Of a stretch of DNA of 64,000 nt, positions 61,301 to 64,000 are shown piece by piece. Made by a program: the position numbers and the translations under genes. The stretch covers positions 1-64,000 of the forward strand of contig CBDUPA010000027.1 in NCBI GenBank assembly GCA_965368975.1. Direction: 5' to 3'. The DNA is from an uncultured bacterium. GTDB lineage: Bacteria > Acidobacteriota > Thermoanaerobaculia > Multivoradales > JAHZIX01. Positions within the stretch are counted from its first letter, which is position 1. Every line of letters begins with the position of its first letter. Below the pieces are notes generated by a model. It saw only the letters and a program-made list of their open reading frames with translations, was not told the origin of the DNA and ran no database searches.

Positions 61301-64000
61301 GGTTGTCACCAGCATCGTGGCGGTGGTGGGATCCTGGTCGGCATCGCCCTGGTCGGTGAATTCGGTCCAGGGGGTAGCGCTCCAGTCCAGGCCGCCGTCG
61401 TTGCCGTTGTACGCCACGCTGCCGAAACCGTCTGCATAGCAGGCCAAAGCCACGGTGGCGATGTAGTCGCCGTTGGCGTCGGTGGTGACGGTCTGGATGG
61501 CGCCGGTCGAGTCGGTGACGGTGACGTCGATGTTCGCCAGGTCCGGCTCGCCGCCGTTCTGCACACCGTTGCCGTCGAGGTCGAGGAAGACGTGGCCGGT
61601 GATCTCGGCATCGCCGACGATCGGGGCCTGCACCAGGTTGGTGAAGGTAGGCAGAACTTCGGTCGAGGTGACGGTGGCCTGGTTGCTCACGGTCAACCCG
61701 ACGGTGCCGGGATCGACCTGCACCTGGAAGCGGAACGTGACTTCCTCGCCCGGGCCGAGCGTTGCCACCAGCAGTTCCAGGCGGTCGACGAATTCGGTAC
61801 CCTCGTCGGCATCGGCGGCGTCAGTGACCGAGGCGAAGGGGGCGATGTTGCGGCGCCAGGTCATCGACTCGCTGAGGTAGGTGGCGTTGGCCGGAAATAG
61901 GTCGACGATGCGCACGTTGTTCGCCGTGCCGTTGCCGATGTTGTCAACCGTGATCTCGAAGGTCGCGATCTCGTTCGGGTGCAGCAGGCCCGGGCCGGTC
62001 TTGGCCGCCACCAAGTTGGGGCCGACCAGGGTGGTGGTCACTTCGTTGGACGGGAAGAGCGGCGTCTGACTGCTCTCGTACCCGGCCTGGTTGTCGATCT
62101 GTGTGCCGGCGGGCAGGCCGGGGTTGACTGTCACCTGGAAGCTGAGTGAATAGGGGCCGCCCGGGGGCAAGTTCGCCGTGGTCCACTCGATGGCGTTCTG
62201 GCCCGCGTTGTAGGCGCCCACGAAGGGGGCGGTGGTGGTGATGCTGGCGGGCAGGAAGGTGGTATTGGGTGGAATCGCGTCGCTGACCGTGACGTTGGTC
62301 TCGGCGACCAGGCCGTTGTGGTGCAGGGTCAGCGTGTAGGTGAGCACTTCGCCGGCCTCGGGCGTGCCGTCGTCGGTCACCGCTTTGGTCAGTGTCAAGT
62401 CCGCTTGTACCACCTCGGCGGTGTCGAGGGGCGAGAACGTACTACCGCCCAGGGAGCCCTCGCCGTGCCCCTCGTTGGTCAGCGAGCGTGGTGTGCCGCC
62501 GGGGGCCGCCGGGATGTTGATCGAGTAGCGAACGGTGATCGTCTGGTTGGTCTGCAGCGTGTTGGGGAGCAGGCCCCAATCGAGGCGGTCGCGGCCGCTG
62601 CCGGGGTCGATCGAGAAGGCAGGGTCGGTAGTGCTCTGGCTCAGGTTCGGATAGGTGATCAGGGTCGAGCCGGGGACGTAGTCGGCGGTGGTGACGCCCG
62701 GTGGCAGCAGGTCGTAGATCTGGACGCCGGTCATCGGTCCCGAGTTGAAAGCGGAGAGCGTCAGGGTGTAGGTCGCGATGCCGCCAGCGGTGGGCAGCAC
62801 CGGCGTGTCGACGCTCTTCTCGAGCACCAGCACCGGATCGAGGAACAGCTGGTTGATCGGGTAGATGGCGTAGCCGGTGTCCTGGATCGGGTCAGGTCCG
62901 GTCGCCTGGTCAGTGTCCTGGCCGTAGGCCACCGCCACCGGTTTGTTGGCGACCACCAACGTGCCGGTGTTGTCGTAGTCGTTGAGGTCGTAGACGCGCA
63001 GCGATTGCAGGGCGTTGATCAGGTAGGTGTTGTTCGGCAGCGGTGCCGCGTCGGGGAAGTCGTCGCCGTCGAGGTCGATGACGTCGAAGATCCCGTCGTT
63101 GTCGAAGTCGATCTGGACTCGCGTGCTGTCGACGGTCGCCGAGACGAAGATTGGTGAGCGGTTGAGCGGGTCACAGACGCCGGGTCCAGCGGGGGGGATG
63201 GTGCAGTTGGCGTCGTTGGCCAGGCGTTGGGCCGCCTGACTCTGGAAGCCGGGATTGTTGACGCCGGGCGCAAAGGGAATCGTGTAGGTGGCGGTGACGA
63301 ACTCACGCGACAGCCAGGAGTGCCCCCAGTCGTTGGCGGGGCTCTGGTGACTGTAGGCCGACACACCCCAGAAGCGGCGATCGCTGGTCATGCGCACCGT
63401 CGAGTTGGCGGGGACGAAGCGCCCTGTGCCGGTGAAGTAGTCGACGCTCGCGTTGGGCGGCACGTTGATCACGACGGTGCCGACGCTGTCGGTCGCGGTC
63501 ACGGCCAGGCTGTTGAGCGGGTCGGGGTTGAAGATGTACAGGTTGAGAGGCCGGCTGCCCTGCAGCACCGGGTCGTCGCCCGGAGCCGTGATGATGTAGT
63601 CGGTGGAGTGCAGGATGTCGGGTAGCAGGCTGTAGAAGCGCGTGGCGAAGGTGCCGTCGCCGCCGGTGAAGATGAGACCGGCGATCGGTCCGGTGGTGGC
63701 GATGCGGGTACCGGCGTTGACCGTGATACCGGTCGCGGCGACACCGTCGATGAAGCCGCGTGAGCTGTAGTGCTGGCCGCGGTTGAGCGTGAACGCGACG
63801 TTGCCGGCTCCGGGAGAGTTGATGTTGACCTGCGTGTTGTCGTCGAAGGCGATCAGGTTGAGGTCGACGTACTTGAACGGCTCGGTCAGCGTGTTGTCAC
63901 CGGTGTAGATGTCCTCGCCGATCGGGATGGTGTAGGCGGTCGCGTTGGCGACCGCTTGACGCGGGATGATCTCGGTGGCACCGCCGATGAAGGGCGATAG
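55343..64000 (-). CDS. Giant extracellular protein (more than 2880 aa, 5' end outside window): DUF11/Ig-like repeats, SdrD-B-like domain, C-terminal C25 (gingipain-like) peptidase
   Basis: Frame appears open to base 64000; DUF11 motifs (L.LTK...G..LTYTL....V.D..P); GHVFLDLDGNG; VQDIYDEF, VLLAGD, GRVP, FLGHA...LTC dyad. Confidence 0.85.
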   Translation of the reverse strand, partial: LSPFIGGATEIIPRQAVANATAYTIPIGEDIYTGDNTLTEPFKYVDLNLIAFDDNTQVNINSPGAGNVAFTLNRGQHYSSRGFIDGVAATGITVNAGTRIATTGPIAGLIFTGGDGTFATRFYSLLPDILHSTDYIITAPGDDPVLQGSRPLNLYIFNPDPLNSLAVTATDSVGTVVINVPPNASVDYFTGTGRFVPANSTVRMTSDRRFWGVSAYSHQSPANDWGHSWLSREFVTATYTIPFAPGVNNPGFQSQAAQRLANDANCTIPPAGPGVCDPLNRSPIFVSATVDSTRVQIDFDNDGIFDVIDLDGDDFPDAAPLPNNTYLINALQSLRVYDLNDYDNTGTLVVANKPVAVAYGQDTDQATGPDPIQDTGYAIYPINQLFLDPVLVLEKSVDTPVLPTAGGIATYTLTLSAFNSGPMTGVQIYDLLPPGVTTADYVPGSTLITYPNLSQSTTDPAFSIDPGSGRDRLDWGLLPNTLQTNQTITVRYSINIPAAPGGTPRSLTNEGHGEGSLGGSTFSPLDTAEVVQADLTLTKAVTDDGTPEAGEVLTYTLTLHHNGLVAETNVTVSDAIPPNTTFLPASITTTAPFVGAYNAGQNAIEWTTANLPPGGPYSLSFQVTVNPGLPAGTQIDNQAGYESSQTPLFPSNEVTTTLVGPNLVAAKTGPGLLHPNEIATFEITVDNIGNGTANNVRIVDLFPANATYLSESMTWRRNIAPFASVTDAADADEGTEFVDRLELLVATLGPGEEVTFRFQVQVDPGTVGLTVSNQATVTSTEVLPTFTNLVQAPIVGDAEITGHVFLDLDGNGVQNGGEPDLANIDVTVTDSTGAIQTVTTDANGDYIATVALACYADGFGSVAYNGNDGGLDWSATPWTEFTDQGDADQDPTTATMLVTTDPLAVFGNSLVIEDGPGSTPSKGFTRAADLSGAAGFTSGLATLSFNYRRESFEGGDVVTLDIDYDNDGTFNDVLATYPDPGGSDATWQSASLPLDSAQLPDNPVVFRFITTGGFSSGSDNFYVDNVRLCNTQATVNVDETDPDFPANVTLSTANDPQTLAVIAGGTVATTPVGYEPDPLTFSKTSDAPNGEVVPGQTVTYTLTAVNTSMTTQTGVSVSDPLPTGTSAVPGSTLVTLNSAVMRVTEYYLAPGTFSGTFHDLTLNQALATEYFVVAQGSDGDGSGNGNRGPDENYAALTQDPFGTGQLGTSAGADVLRFERGNAVNSWVGVVTVVECIADCATNGFNLLDVRRVAHTGAATSGNATSASTWSDINQVQLVGGFNGAGCDTSETNQNNTKVCHARLFPSGSDQINWTRDAGGATLSTATSTVMVVDWGSAWNVQRVRVQGGNGGDGADAVDEYNTAAISAVNRDQTWVWGTGHTNDNGIGDAAEAVLVTLGNGVNQNASETLVAAGIEVAGNAIDFEVWTLSHPDLAVDYRFKADGDSGSIVVDMPVDSATSQRMALVTNGQNGTGTAYPRPMFSARYLNDTTVRLERRRSGQNFPAWVQGIDFSAITGGSTVVGGDPANLVVLGDGYSLPPGASLTITFQVVVDDPLAGGISQIANTATLDTDQQPPLQASVTDDVVRLAVTVEPNNAGFTVAGGSVTYTHVVTNTGQDADAYDLTLTSELGYTVELIDPATGTVIATDSNGDGVWDGGVTINTGTLNPGESTEYRVRVNVPGGTAVGTQETTTLTATSDRANGPSAFATDETTIVDSPDVGPVILTPDQSGVVTAGGSIAYTHSVTNNTGAADTFDLTAFPTLPGWTATIYNDSNGDGVYSPGVDVAINNTLLLADGQLQTIFVVVDAPGGATADDVDVVHLTAISQTDPALFDAATDTTTLLPATTHDLSGGGTLLVDPGDTAIFPGTIKNLTDSADRFEFTVGASVFLGLDGLNHPTQLVIDTNADGTPDTVIATDSDGDGTWDSVDPAYDLDTDGNPDVAVAASTELAYEIRRAVDPLQPSYRDPVTLTATSVNSGETDSITATNLLAAATFAMLRHFEAYIAEGQVVLDWNTSFEHRTAGFRLLRTPAASAAHPAPEWRPVRHSLGQGLLPALESVTGGAYRIVDAAPTFGMAVAYLLQEIEIDGTLRTLGRLDVELDPATASSRPAPIGYERAANPPASPRLQTTSDAAPVLPDAGITVQRLRLRVADDGLHFLTATAIAEAFGSGFSVEDVQSWIARGWLRLHQGGISSPVPVPCVPPPVGDQILLDGFESGNLCAWQQDPEVLGAEGFAWLPVMDADSGEILGLDFFGQSLPDDHPDGHYTSHNVYWLEYGPGVRMATVAAGAPAANVNQSYVAQERFEEEFAPLTSVITDPDSDFWFWSAVNVTPAAGAGIDTMSVDLPTPGRIDTSANASLRVHLQAETSDADIALDHQVEVRLNGTAIGSSSWDGSTAHELNLTFAQNLLNDSANTLEIHTPAASGIASEIFYLDALDLAYQRTYQAQDDRLLAPANGTSLTAHGFSVDTLSVWDVTDAQQPIEVTNGVPQADGTGAYQVSFQTVPGHHYLVQSRATARVVPPEPDSPSDLQNATNRASYLVLAASGLETAADDLVAYRQGQGVEALRVRVQDIYDEFNGGRTSPWAIRNFLAHARATWAVAPTHVLLAGDSSFDFKDRLGFGGNLLPSPMTSTPEGLFPSDHRIADLTGNDGVPEVALGRVPARTNAELAAYVAKVQAFETANFNTWKRRSLWIADAVDEGGEFVDDSESLLGLVPQQLEIERIYVDTLGEAAARKQLLDQLNSGALLVNFLGHANLTQLGDSAGLLHSSDIASLSNAGRTPILSALTCALGRFDRVLFDTLSEQLVMAPNGGVVALWAPTGFAFNEDGVRLGEEFLPRVMGGEPLGDAVRAALAAYLAAGDARVHVPFTYGLLGDPLVVLTSGP

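Overview
A GC-rich bacterial window, most likely from Acidobacteriota (Thermoanaerobaculia-like). That assignment is inferred from gene content: Zn-finger/TPR paralogs, KLxLxRETL-leader peptides and a DGFESG motif. Housekeeping and accessory genes (PBP1A, CADD, thiolase, LytS/LytTR, DUF349, hutU, feoAB, xerD, dodecin, leuA/leuB-like, a giant DUF11/C25 surface protein) flank a ~15 kb island at 26.9-41.9 kb. The island holds three small Cys-rich peptide genes, each next to a different set of modifying enzymes. (1) An E1-YcaO cyclodehydratase, a Nif11-like precursor ending TCLMCVCV, and a sedolisin (S53) peptidase with no signal peptide. (2) A precursor, a DUF692/MNIO enzyme and its partner protein. 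(3) A precursor, an asparagine-synthetase-like ATP pyrophosphatase, a RaSEA-like radical SAM enzyme and a PrnC-like flavin halogenase. These are the best candidates for undescribed RiPP systems. Other observations include repeated leaderless-promoter architecture, clear operator sites (ArsR-type palindrome, LytTR triple repeat, Fur-like box), a decayed AbrB/Doc toxin-antitoxin pair inserted inside the feo operon, and a catalytically degenerate sigma-54-type activator. All family calls come from motif recognition by eye; no database searches were run.
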